This document shows, in pieces, positions 1 to 7,724 of a stretch of DNA of 54,311 nucleotides. The DNA lies in IMG/VR virus record IMGVR_UViG_3300014501_000541, positions 1 through 54,311 of that record. One strand, written 5' to 3'. Positions within the stretch are counted from its first letter, which is position 1. Each line of letters begins with the position of its first letter. The stretch is from a virus. Its lineage: Duplodnaviria > Caudoviricetes. A program made the position numbers and the translations under genes. The notes beneath the pieces were generated by a model, which saw only the letters and a list, made by a program, of their open reading frames with translations, was not told where the DNA came from and did no database searches.

Positions 1-33
1 GCTGAAAGCTGACGGCTGACAGCTTTTTCATGC

Positions 34-123
34 GGAGAGGTGCGTGAGTGGTTGAAACGATCCGCCTCGAAAGCGGACATACCTTAACGGGTATCGTGGG
101 TTCAAATCCCACCCTCTCCGCCA
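34..123 (+). tRNA. tRNA-Ser (anticodon CGA), integration target
   Basis: Acceptor GGAGAGG/CCTCTCC, discriminator G + CCA, anticodon arm TCCGC-CTCGAAA-GCGGA, long variable arm, T-arm GTGGG-TTCAAAT-CCCAC. Confidence 0.97.
99..123 (+). repeat. attL core GGTTCAAATCCCACCCTCTCCGCCA
   Basis: Identical to 54189-54213; 3' end of tRNA-Ser. Confidence 0.95.
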
Positions 124-138
124 GTATATTTATTGTAT

Positions 139-151
139 TATCAACAACTTA
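139..151 (+). promoter_or_regulatory. IHF-binding site in att arm
   Basis: TATCAACAACTTA matches WATCAANNNNTTR exactly, next to attL. Confidence 0.6.
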
Positions 152-197
152 CAAATTAGTCGTTTCTTCTGTCCTTCTCCTGTACTAAAATCGGGCG

Positions 198-1271
198 ATG
201 CTCACGATTTACCGCAGACATCGCACGACTTGCCCGCACCATTCCCGGCAATACAAGAAGTGTTTTTGCCCGATCTGGGTGCAAGGGCTCCTTGAGGGGA
301 AGCCGGTGCGCCGGTCGCTCGATCTTACGAACTGGGAAGCGGCGAACCGCAAGATCCACGAGCTTGAAGTCCACGGCGATAAGCAAGCGGTTTCGGTAAA
401 GGAAGCCTGCGAGAAATTCAAGGCTGATTGCAAAGCTCGGAATCTGAGCGCCGCGACGATAAAAAAATATAAGTATGTTTTGGGCGAGCTGGACGAAAAG
501 TTCGGGTCGCTTCCGGTGCGGAGCGTTAGCGTCGATGATTTGAGGAGTCTCCGGAGTCGTTGGACGTTCGCCGGTTCTACGACACGGAAACGGGTCGAAT
601 ATTTGCGGGCTTTTTTTGCGTTCTGCGTGGGCGCGGGCTGGATGCCCTTGAATCCGGGAAAACCTCTGAAGCCGCCTAAGCAGGCGCAAGCACCAACACT
701 TCCCTTCTCCGACGCCGAGTGGAAAGATATCGTGACGGCGCTCGGCCTTTACGGCGACATCCATAAACAAAGTCCGCCGGCGATTTGTAAGCAGTTGCGG
801 GCGCTCGTTTTTGTCATGCGCTATTCCGGGCTGCGGATATCGGACGCGGTTTCCCTGAAGCGAGATCGCGTCACGAAAACGAAAGACGGCGGCCGGTTAT
901 TTCTTTACCAGGCAAAGACCGGGCAGCCGGTATGGATTCCGATCGGAAAAGAAGTCATGGACGCGCTCGCGGATTGCGCTGAGGATGGTGCCAATTATTT
1001 CTGGTGCGGCACGGGCACGTTACAGACGACGCAAACGAAGTGGCAGGCGCGGCTCAAGAAAGTGTTTACGATCGCCGGAATTCCGGACGGGCATTCGCAT
1101 CGGTTCCGCGACACGTTCGCGGTTGGCCTGCTTTCAAAGGGTGTGAGTTTGGAGACAGTTTCGACATTACTCGGGCATCAAAATCTCGGGGTCACACAAA
1201 AACATTATTCGCCGTGGGTAAAAAGTCGCCAGGAAGCGCTTGAAGAGGCGGTCAGGAAGACGTGGAAGTAG
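198..1271 (+). CDS. int: Tyrosine recombinase (phage integrase)
   Basis: YSGLRISD (R), HRFR (HxxR), LLGH, HY catalytic motifs; adjacent to attL. Confidence 0.95.
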   Translation: MLTIYRRHRTTCPHHSRQYKKCFCPIWVQGLLEGKPVRRSLDLTNWEAANRKIHELEVHGDKQAVSVKEACEKFKADCKARNLSAATIKKYKYVLGELDEKFGSLPVRSVSVDDLRSLRSRWTFAGSTTRKRVEYLRAFFAFCVGAGWMPLNPGKPLKPPKQAQAPTLPFSDAEWKDIVTALGLYGDIHKQSPPAICKQLRALVFVMRYSGLRISDAVSLKRDRVTKTKDGGRLFLYQAKTGQPVWIPIGKEVMDALADCAEDGANYFWCGTGTLQTTQTKWQARLKKVFTIAGIPDGHSHRFRDTFAVGLLSKGVSLETVSTLLGHQNLGVTQKHYSPWVKSRQEALEEAVRKTWK

Positions 1272-1278
1272 GCGAGGG

Positions 1279-1536
1279 TTAGCTTTTCTTAGTCTTCTTG
1301 TCTCCGGAGTCATCCTCACAAATGATCGATCCGGTAGTGGGTGGCGCATCGGCTATTTGTATCGCCTTTTTTTTCGCTGCTTCCAGGGCGCGGTCCTTAC
1401 CTTTAAATTTTCCGACCCGATGAGGCTGCCCGACGTAAACAATCGTTGTGTCCCATGCATCGTCGCCGAGATCGTTCAAACGAACCTTAAATTTGTGTTT
1501 ACCTGGAGTGATAAGGAAAATTTCCTCGGATGCCAT
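1279..1536 (-). CDS. Hypothetical protein
   Basis: 85-aa ATG ORF filling the gap between integrase and lipoprotein gene. Confidence 0.55.
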   Translation of the reverse strand: MASEEIFLITPGKHKFKVRLNDLGDDAWDTTIVYVGQPHRVGKFKGKDRALEAAKKKAIQIADAPPTTGSIICEDDSGDKKTKKS

Positions 1537-1586
1537 AGGCCGGCATTTTAGCAGCGTTTCGATAAGCTGTGCTACACTGCCGCGCT

Positions 1587-2084
1587 ATGCGGCGCTACCT
1601 ATTCCTCGCACCGTTAATACTTCTCTTGAGCGCCTGCGATATTCCGGATCGGGTTAGCAAACTAGAAAAAGAAACCAAGGAGATGCAAACGGAGCGGGAT
1701 CGCGTAAGCGATTATGATTTGCAGGCAAAATGCTCGAAGGATGCCCGAGCTTGGTTTAATGAGAACTGGTCACGGGATAAAGACACGGTTTTACTGGACT
1801 TCACTAACCACTACAACAAAAAAGGCAATAAATGTTTCATCCTAGTTGAGTTTCACTACAACAATAATTTTGTAGGGCCGGGCGGGACGGGCTGGACGAA
1901 TCACATGAGCCTGTGGGACATTTACGAAAACAGTAAATACGGCGAGCTTGTCGAAAACCACTATACATACTTCAAGCCGACAGTGACCACATCGAACGAA
2001 CTAGTGACTTGCGATATGTTGGGTCAGAAATGCAAATCAATGGACGAATTTAATGGTTTTATACGGCCTTATTTGAATGGTTGA
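1587..2084 (+). CDS. Lipoprotein (possible superinfection-exclusion moron)
   Basis: MRRYLFLAPLILLLSAC lipobox; TG-c-TACACT -10 just upstream of ATG 1587. Confidence 0.75.
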   Translation: MRRYLFLAPLILLLSACDIPDRVSKLEKETKEMQTERDRVSDYDLQAKCSKDARAWFNENWSRDKDTVLLDFTNHYNKKGNKCFILVEFHYNNNFVGPGGTGWTNHMSLWDIYENSKYGELVENHYTYFKPTVTTSNELVTCDMLGQKCKSMDEFNGFIRPYLNG

Positions 2085-2289
2085 ATGAACGCCGAAAATT
2101 CTAAGAACCCTTCTCTCTTCTTTAAGCTCATAAACAGAGAGTGGGTGAATTCAGGTCTGGATTTTTCCTGCTTCGGTTTCCAGTTTCAGTCCCTCTTGAT
2201 GGTTGTAGATCGGCACGCGCCGAATCGGTGAGAAGCTTTCCGTTGATAATTTCAGGGATAGAGATTTTGGACGGGGCGAAGCATTATTG

Positions 2290-2432
2290 ATAATTCTCTA
2301 GAAGTGGGGTGCGAGTAAGCCAACTCGCCCTGGCCGAAGCCTGAGGATTTGAACCTCTGATTTGTCGGGCGTATATATCCACCCGTCTACGACTGCCATC
2401 GTAGATTATTTACCCCGTTTCTAAAGAACTAT
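2290..2432 (-). ncRNA. Stem-bounded structured RNA cassette C (with tRNA T-arm mimic)
   Basis: Arms 2412-2432 / 2290-2310 pair with G-U; five internal hairpins. Confidence 0.6.
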
Positions 2433-2464
2433 TTCACCTCGCGGCGGCCCGATTCCAAAATGTC

Positions 2465-2622
2465 GGCAATTCTCTGAGAACTTGGGTCGTATGGTATGAG
2501 ATACGAGATGCGCTTATTCCATATTTGCTTTATGCATCAGACGCAGGTAATGAATGGATGCTCCCGCGATTACTGGCTTGTACTTTGCCTATCACGCCAA
2601 CCCAAGTTTTCAAAGAACTGCC
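2465..2622 (-). ncRNA. Stem-bounded structured RNA cassette B
   Basis: Arms 2600-2622 / 2465-2487 form a 23-bp stem; three internal helices. Confidence 0.6.
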
Positions 2623-2650
2623 TGACTATCCTTCCCCGTACTCCCGTTCC

Positions 2651-2840
2651 TGCAATTCTCTGAAAGCTGAGAGAAACCCGTGCTCGTTTGGGCGCGCCAC
2701 CAGTTACCAGCAGAAGTCATAAAACTTCTACACCGAGCCTACGCTTTACTTTGCAGCATCACACCGCATACCCGCGTCAGGAGGAACGGGAGGTTTCTTT
2801 TAGAGTGATTAGCTCTATTCTCAGCTTTCAAAGAACTGCA
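2651..2840 (-). ncRNA. Stem-bounded structured RNA cassette A
   Basis: Arms 2819-2840 / 2651-2672 form a fully paired 22-bp stem with 2 G-U; branched interior. Confidence 0.6.
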
Positions 2841-3043
2841 TACGGCCTAGCGGCGGCGGAAAGAGAAGCACCATACCTCCCATCTCCCTACGACAAACTG
2901 ATAAAAACTAGGCAGGATTTTAAAAGCAAAGCTCCCGACCCGTAAAAGAACTCATTTCGGAGGTGCCCGTTCGGGCCAGGTCGAGAGCTTTGCTCTCCAC
3001 CTTCTTTTCTTTTAACAAGAGGTGAAGTCCTTACTTCAAATTA

Positions 3044-3080
3044 AACGTACCATATTGTCATTTTGTTTCAATGTGGATAA
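3044..3080 (-). promoter_or_regulatory. Putative promoter for the RNA cassette array, with adjacent DnaA box
   Basis: TTATCCACA directly followed by TTGAAA-N16-TACGTT (TG extension). Confidence 0.45.
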
Positions 3081-3085
3081 CTTTT

Positions 3086-3322
3086 CTACGGATTATGCGG
3101 GCTTTTTAGTTTGAAAAGGCTAGAGGCTTGTATGAGGGCGCGGACATCCCTGAAGGCTTCGCGATGCACTTCGATCTGTTGCAAGATGGCAATTTTCTGA
3201 TCGCAGAGTTTTATGGCCTTGCGAAAGAGCCGCGCGCCGACCTTTAGCCCAAGGTCTTCAAGGATGGCAGCCCGGATAGCATAGTCTTGGGCTTCTTGCC
3301 GTTCTTCTTCGATTACGCGCAC
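3086..3322 (-). CDS. Hypothetical protein
   Basis: GTG start with AGGAGG RBS and TATAAT upstream; shorter than the track ORF. Confidence 0.55.
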   Translation of the reverse strand: MRVIEEERQEAQDYAIRAAILEDLGLKVGARLFRKAIKLCDQKIAILQQIEVHREAFRDVRALIQASSLFKLKSPHNP

Positions 3323-3356
3323 GGGAACCTCCTGACGTTGGGAGGAAATTATACCC

Positions 3357-3833
3357 CTATTCTTCCCAGCAATTTTCGCTCGCCGTCCATGGCGCGGTTC
3401 CATACTTGTTAAACAGATATTCTCCAAAAGCGATATTTCCCGAAGCGGTTGCTAGGTCATCGCCCATTTTCGCCGCAAGCGAACCCCATACATAGGTGTT
3501 GATCTGCAAGATTCCTTCATCCCTTTTTATCCGTTCCTTGGTAACAGGGTTTTCTCCCCACAGAATCGAGCCATCGGGCATAAATTGGGTGGGAGTGCCG
3601 GAAACTGATCCGGTTGTTTCGCAGGCAGCGATACGCTCCAAAATGGGGTGTTCGGCAAAGATGTGGTCGGCAACAGAGCTGGATGCCTGTTTCTCGGGCG
3701 ATTCTTGCGTTATAGGCGTACTTTGCGCCTGAGCTGTACCAATGACGTTATAGACCGCCGGACGGGCTAAAATCGGGGTAAAAACGAGGAGAAAGAGAAA
3801 GATGAGAAAGAAAACATAAAATCTTTTAATAAT
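3357..3833 (-). CDS. Membrane-anchored lytic transglycosylase (SLT/lysozyme-like), probable ATT start
   Basis: IAACE catalytic Glu, GILQIN, GTAPW..S..CW motifs; frame open upstream through a hydrophobic N-terminal helix. Confidence 0.75.
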   Translation of the reverse strand: MIKRFYVFFLIFLFLLVFTPILARPAVYNVIGTAQAQSTPITQESPEKQASSSVADHIFAEHPILERIAACETTGSVSGTPTQFMPDGSILWGENPVTKERIKRDEGILQINTYVWGSLAAKMGDDLATASGNIAFGEYLFNKYGTAPWTASENCWEE

Positions 3834-4270
3834 GTTCGCTGGACAGCCAGCCGCCGATTTTTCGGCATCTATCTCGATTTAACGGATAGAAATTGGTTTG
3901 CGACGTTTATGATTCCACTTGCCCACGGCTCCTGCCTCTAGACGACAGGGTTGAACATGGGCGGGGGTATAAGCCCCTCCAACGCCTCTGGCCGAAGCAT
4001 TGGGCGAGGAGAACCACGATTTAAGCGTAACAATCCGGCATGGGAAGTCCAGATGTAATAATCCACAGGGCAAAAGCGTAATACTTCCCCGTAGGCGGGG
4101 TGCCGAGGTCGCAGGTATGGGCTGCTAGACCTAATTACAGAACAAGACCCAATTCTTTTCTCCGCACACTATCCACGAAGGAGAAGTGCGGTCTTTTTTT
4201 TCGCAAAAAAATGCGCCGTTTTGAGAGCCACGGCGCGGGCTGGATGGAAGGAGAGAAGCTGGTTCACTTC

Positions 4271-4483
4271 TCATGGGCAGGGTTCGTGCAGGCGAATCGG
4301 GGGCTGCGTGATCGGGACATGGACATTTTTTCCGTAGTCGGAAAGCGCCCAGCAGCTAAAGTTCAGAGCCACTTTCGTCCCCTGCGGATTTTCGCAGGCG
4401 TGATAGATGCGTGACGTTCGCGCCGTCCGAAGCATGTTCGGGATGACGCGCAAGCACCAGGCGCACGTAACAGGTTCGTTCAT
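4271..4483 (-). CDS. Small Cys-containing hypothetical protein
   Basis: AGGAGG RBS, ATGA coupling, CxxC. Confidence 0.55.
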   Translation of the reverse strand: MNEPVTCAWCLRVIPNMLRTARTSRIYHACENPQGTKVALNFSCWALSDYGKNVHVPITQPPIRLHEPCP

Positions 4484-4656
4484 GCGGCACCTCCTCGGCG
4501 GTACAGTTCAGCGAAGGAAAAGATCTTTACCAAACGGGTTGCGCAGTCCGAACAGACGGCGACGACCACGACGGCCAAATCATTGAAAGCGACGGAGCGG
4601 ACCAAGAGGTCGTCCCCGTCACACTTTTTACAGTTGAGCGTGAACGCCTTTTGCAT
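4480..4656 (-). CDS. Zn-ribbon small protein (58 aa, below ORF-track cutoff)
   Basis: MQKAFTLNCKKC...CSDC; AGGAG RBS; coupled to neighbours. Confidence 0.6.
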   Translation of the reverse strand: MQKAFTLNCKKCDGDDLLVRSVAFNDLAVVVVAVCSDCATRLVKIFSFAELYRRGGAA

Positions 4657-4657
4657 G

Positions 4658-5005
4658 TCAGTCTCCTTTGCTATCTAGCCAATTCGCACATTCCGTGAGA
4701 CCTTTTCGGCGCTGTTTTTGCATCTCTTTTTTCGTGCGGAACGCGCCGCGATACAGCGTATGAACCGCTTCATAACCGTCATTGAAGACGGTGATGCCTT
4801 TGGTTTGCCAATAGCGTTCGCCGGTTTGGGCGTTCTCATAAAGGCCGGAGGTGCATTTGCTCTGCAGGGGAACATGGTTCAGCGTTCCGACAGACGGAGC
4901 AGCGTCAGAAACTCGTCGCGCCGTTTCCTGCGATAGTCCTCGTAAAGGACCAAAAGCAAGAACGGCCAGGGCAACAAGGCATAGAGCAGATAGCGCTTTT
5001 TGCAC
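4658..5005 (-). CDS. Exported hypothetical protein
   Basis: N-terminal signal-like segment; GAGGAGG RBS. Confidence 0.65.
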   Translation of the reverse strand: MQKALSALCLVALAVLAFGPLRGLSQETARRVSDAAPSVGTLNHVPLQSKCTSGLYENAQTGERYWQTKGITVFNDGYEAVHTLYRGAFRTKKEMQKQRRKGLTECANWLDSKGD

Positions 5006-5015
5006 ATGATCCTCC

Positions 5016-5732
5016 TCAGTTGAGCGAAGCGAAGAATTCTCCTAGCTTCGCGGTCGCTTTGAATTGCGGCACGGGGTCGAGTTCTTTGAGCGCCGACGTG
5101 AACGCGTTCGTGAGGCTCCAGAGCGTGCGCGGGGCAAACTCCGGATACTGCGGGTTGAAATAGAGATTGTGGACGGGACGGAGCAGATGCCGGGGCATCG
5201 CAAGGTCGTCGTCCAGGAACGCGTCGTAGATGATGTTTTTCGCGCTACCGTCCGTGAGCTGGTGGCCGCGCCATCCTTCCACTTGCTTCTGCATGGGGGC
5301 GAAGTTACGTTGCATCCGGCCGAGGCCGATGTCGATCGCATCCATGAGGTTGAAGTGTTTGGAGTGCTTGGCGAGGACTGGCGTGAAGTCGCCGTGAAAC
5401 GCCATGTTGTCGCAGACGAACACGCGGTAGCCGACGGTCAACGCTATGCGCATCGACTTGTCGTTTGAGTTGCGGAGCCCGAGCGAGAAGCGGCATCCCT
5501 CAAAGGTTGTTTCGAGGTCGAGGACTCCGAAGAGTTTCATGCCGTCTTCTGACACGGCATATTCATCGCGGACAACGTTGATGTGGCGAAAGGAAAGTCC
5601 TTCAACCACACTATTGACAAGTTCCCGGTGAGCTATGGGCTTATGAGTGTCCGTAGCTTCGGGGGGCAAGATTTCTACGAGCTGGTCGCGGGTAAGCTTG
5701 GAAGCGCCCGCGTGTGCCATTAAACCTTCCAT
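5016..5732 (-). CDS. DUF932-family protein
   Basis: THKPIAH, GLRNSNDKS, GYRVFVCDNMAF, KHS, TLWSLTNAFT motifs. Confidence 0.85.
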   Translation of the reverse strand: MEGLMAHAGASKLTRDQLVEILPPEATDTHKPIAHRELVNSVVEGLSFRHINVVRDEYAVSEDGMKLFGVLDLETTFEGCRFSLGLRNSNDKSMRIALTVGYRVFVCDNMAFHGDFTPVLAKHSKHFNLMDAIDIGLGRMQRNFAPMQKQVEGWRGHQLTDGSAKNIIYDAFLDDDLAMPRHLLRPVHNLYFNPQYPEFAPRTLWSLTNAFTSALKELDPVPQFKATAKLGEFFASLN

Positions 5733-5960
5733 ATTTTTTTCTCCTTTTGTGAAAGAACAGGTTGGGCGTTCACGGATCGCTCTCCGTTTTTTGTGGGGAG
5801 GGCTCCGAAACGGTGCGAAGGGTAAACGCCCAGTTCCGGAGGTTTTGCGCCGGGTCGAAATCAGCGCGCCGCCTCCAGAACTGGACGTTCATCGAGCACC
5901 CAGCGTTGAGAAGATTGCGGCGGCCTGGCCTCCGTCCCTACTTAGGGCAATCCGTTCCTC

Positions 5961-6278
5961 TCAACGCTGGGAGTTCGTTTCGTCGTGTAAATATGCGAGA
6001 AGCAAGATGGAATAGTTCACGAGGTCGAGAATGGTGTCGTCGATCTTTTCAGTTTCGACGGCCGCCTCCTTGGAAAGAAGATTGCCGATGCGGGAGATCT
6101 TGTTCACCATGTTTGCGAGCAAGATATGTTTCGGGTCGAGATTCACCAATCGTGCAGTCTTGAAGTTGCGGAGTGCGTCACTATCGCCGGCGGAATAGTC
6201 GGCATTTTTTGCCCGCATGATAGCGAGGCACTTTTTGAAATTGTCCTCGGTGAATTTGAGGAGCTCGGATTGGGTCAT
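5961..6278 (-). CDS. DUF1599-like nucleotide-modification-associated protein
   Basis: KNADY..DALRNF, K..RI, DTILDLVNYSIL pattern. Confidence 0.7.
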   Translation of the reverse strand: MTQSELLKFTEDNFKKCLAIMRAKNADYSAGDSDALRNFKTARLVNLDPKHILLANMVNKISRIGNLLSKEAAVETEKIDDTILDLVNYSILLLAYLHDETNSQR

Positions 6279-6670
6279 GAAAAACGTTTACTTAATGAGC
6301 CGAGACGGGAATTTTCAGAATGCGTGATCCATTCGAGATTGAAGTTCTCGTATCCGATGGAGCTATCAATGCGATTAATCGACGGCGTGAATTTCTGATC
6401 GTATTTATGGTCTTTCCATTGGATATAGAGACGGAGAAAATCGGGGTCTGACTTGGATATGACGTAAAACTCTTTACGCGAGAGGATGGGGAGCCCTTTG
6501 TAGAGATGGGCTTTTCTCCACTGTACGCCGGTGACGCGCGAAAGCATATTGCGATACGTCCGCATGAGGAATCCGCTGATCGTCTTCTCGTAGCGGCGTG
6601 TTTCAATGTTTCCGTTTTTGCGGCGATGTTCTTTTTGCCAAGCTAATTTTTGTTCGTGTGTCCAGGACAT
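6275..6670 (-). CDS. HNH-like endonuclease-related protein
   Basis: PSINRIDSSIGY...N..W....N motif. Confidence 0.6.
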   Translation of the reverse strand: MSWTHEQKLAWQKEHRRKNGNIETRRYEKTISGFLMRTYRNMLSRVTGVQWRKAHLYKGLPILSRKEFYVISKSDPDFLRLYIQWKDHKYDQKFTPSINRIDSSIGYENFNLEWITHSENSRLGSLSKRFS

Positions 6671-6677
6671 CGAAGAA

Positions 6678-7478
6678 TCAATAGTTGAGGAGCTTTGCGC
6701 CGTCGTAGGTTTTCCCGTAGGCGTGAAAGCGGTGTTTGAAGATTCTGATCGTGTGCTCCGTGAAATATCCGTCCGGGAAGATGTAGAAGATGGCGAAGGC
6801 TTGCTGCCAATTGGTGGGGTGACCCTTTAAGTATGCTTGGTCATATCGACAGAGGCAACCGAGAGATTTCCCCACAATGGTTCGGTCATGGCCCCGCTGT
6901 ATCACCGGCATTTCCATTACGTCGTGCGTATGGCCGTAGTAAATGGGATCTCCCCAGTTCTGAACCATTTTTCTTGCGTGGTACTGATTCGTATAGAGAC
7001 CGTGGGTGAAATGGGCTTTGCCGAGCTTGAATTCTTCGCCGTCTTTCCATGAACGAACCCATTTGATCTTCCGCTCCTCAAGCCTGAGCATCTTCTTGTA
7101 GTTAAGGTAGCCGCGAAATTTCTTATATTCGTCTTTGAGCGCCGATTGGTACGCGCGAAAATCGTGGTTGCCTTCTAAGAGCACGAAGCGGGCGTTTCTA
7201 TAGCCCGCTCGCATGATCTTTTGATGCCTATCGAGAAATGTATTCCCGGCCTCGTAACTGTCGTGCAGTTCCGAAGCGACCGAACCTTCTTCACCGAGGT
7301 GATATTTGGAAAGTTCGTCGAAGTCGAGCAAATCGCCAATTTGCAGCCATCCGGTGAAAGGCTCATCGGATGCTTGGGTGTCCATCATGAATTGTTCGAC
7401 GGCGGCTAAGCTTCGGTGATCCTCGAAAGGAATTTGTAGATCAGGAATGATTAGCCATTTCTCGATGGCTTTCTTCAT
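6678..7478 (-). CDS. Calcineurin-like metallophosphoesterase
   Basis: PDLQ, GDLLD, GNHD, THG, GHTH motifs. Confidence 0.85.
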   Translation of the reverse strand: MKKAIEKWLIIPDLQIPFEDHRSLAAVEQFMMDTQASDEPFTGWLQIGDLLDFDELSKYHLGEEGSVASELHDSYEAGNTFLDRHQKIMRAGYRNARFVLLEGNHDFRAYQSALKDEYKKFRGYLNYKKMLRLEERKIKWVRSWKDGEEFKLGKAHFTHGLYTNQYHARKMVQNWGDPIYYGHTHDVMEMPVIQRGHDRTIVGKSLGCLCRYDQAYLKGHPTNWQQAFAIFYIFPDGYFTEHTIRIFKHRFHAYGKTYDGAKLLNY

Positions 7479-7484
7479 CGAGTT

Positions 7485-7724
7485 CTATTGCTGAGGGGGC
7501 TGCGGAGGGACGGGAACGTTTAACGTTTGCGCTTCTTCCGTGAGCCACTTTTCGGCATCGGGAAGGAAGTAACCGAGGATGAGGATGACAAACTGCGCGC
7601 CGTTGAATGTCCAGTGGGTATAAATCTGCTGGACGAAATAGACCGCGCCGATTGCTGCTGCGACGGAGAGGCGTAAGAGCGCTGATTCGACAGCCGCCCA
7701 CACTTTTGTCCAATTTATCTTCAT
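7485..7724 (-). CDS. Holin-like small membrane protein
   Basis: Two hydrophobic segments; directly downstream of the peptidase. Confidence 0.55.
   Translation of the reverse strand: MKINWTKVWAAVESALLRLSVAAAIGAVYFVQQIYTHWTFNGAQFVILILGYFLPDAEKWLTEEAQTLNVPVPPQPPQQ

Noticed and set aside
1-24. GCTGANN heptamer repeat
   Set aside because: Short host intergenic repeat outside attL; used only as a weak host hint
156-770. 204-aa minus-strand ORF
   Set aside because: Shadow of the integrase
2311-2411. Canonical tRNA or secondary att site
   Set aside because: No acceptor/D/anticodon cloverleaf or CCA; only 11 nt match the att core, in inverted orientation
2673-2818. Hammerhead or group I/II intron core
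   Set aside because: No CUGANGA/GAAA arrangement, and no P7 or domain V consensus seen
2290-2840. CRISPR array
   Set aside because: Repeated elements are inverted arm pairs that differ per unit, inserts are 100-146 nt and structured, and no cas genes are present
2085-2945. Coding ORFs (2525, 2688) or stop-codon recoding
   Set aside because: No RBS or protein-like features; TGA and TAG both serve as normal stops in well-conserved genes here
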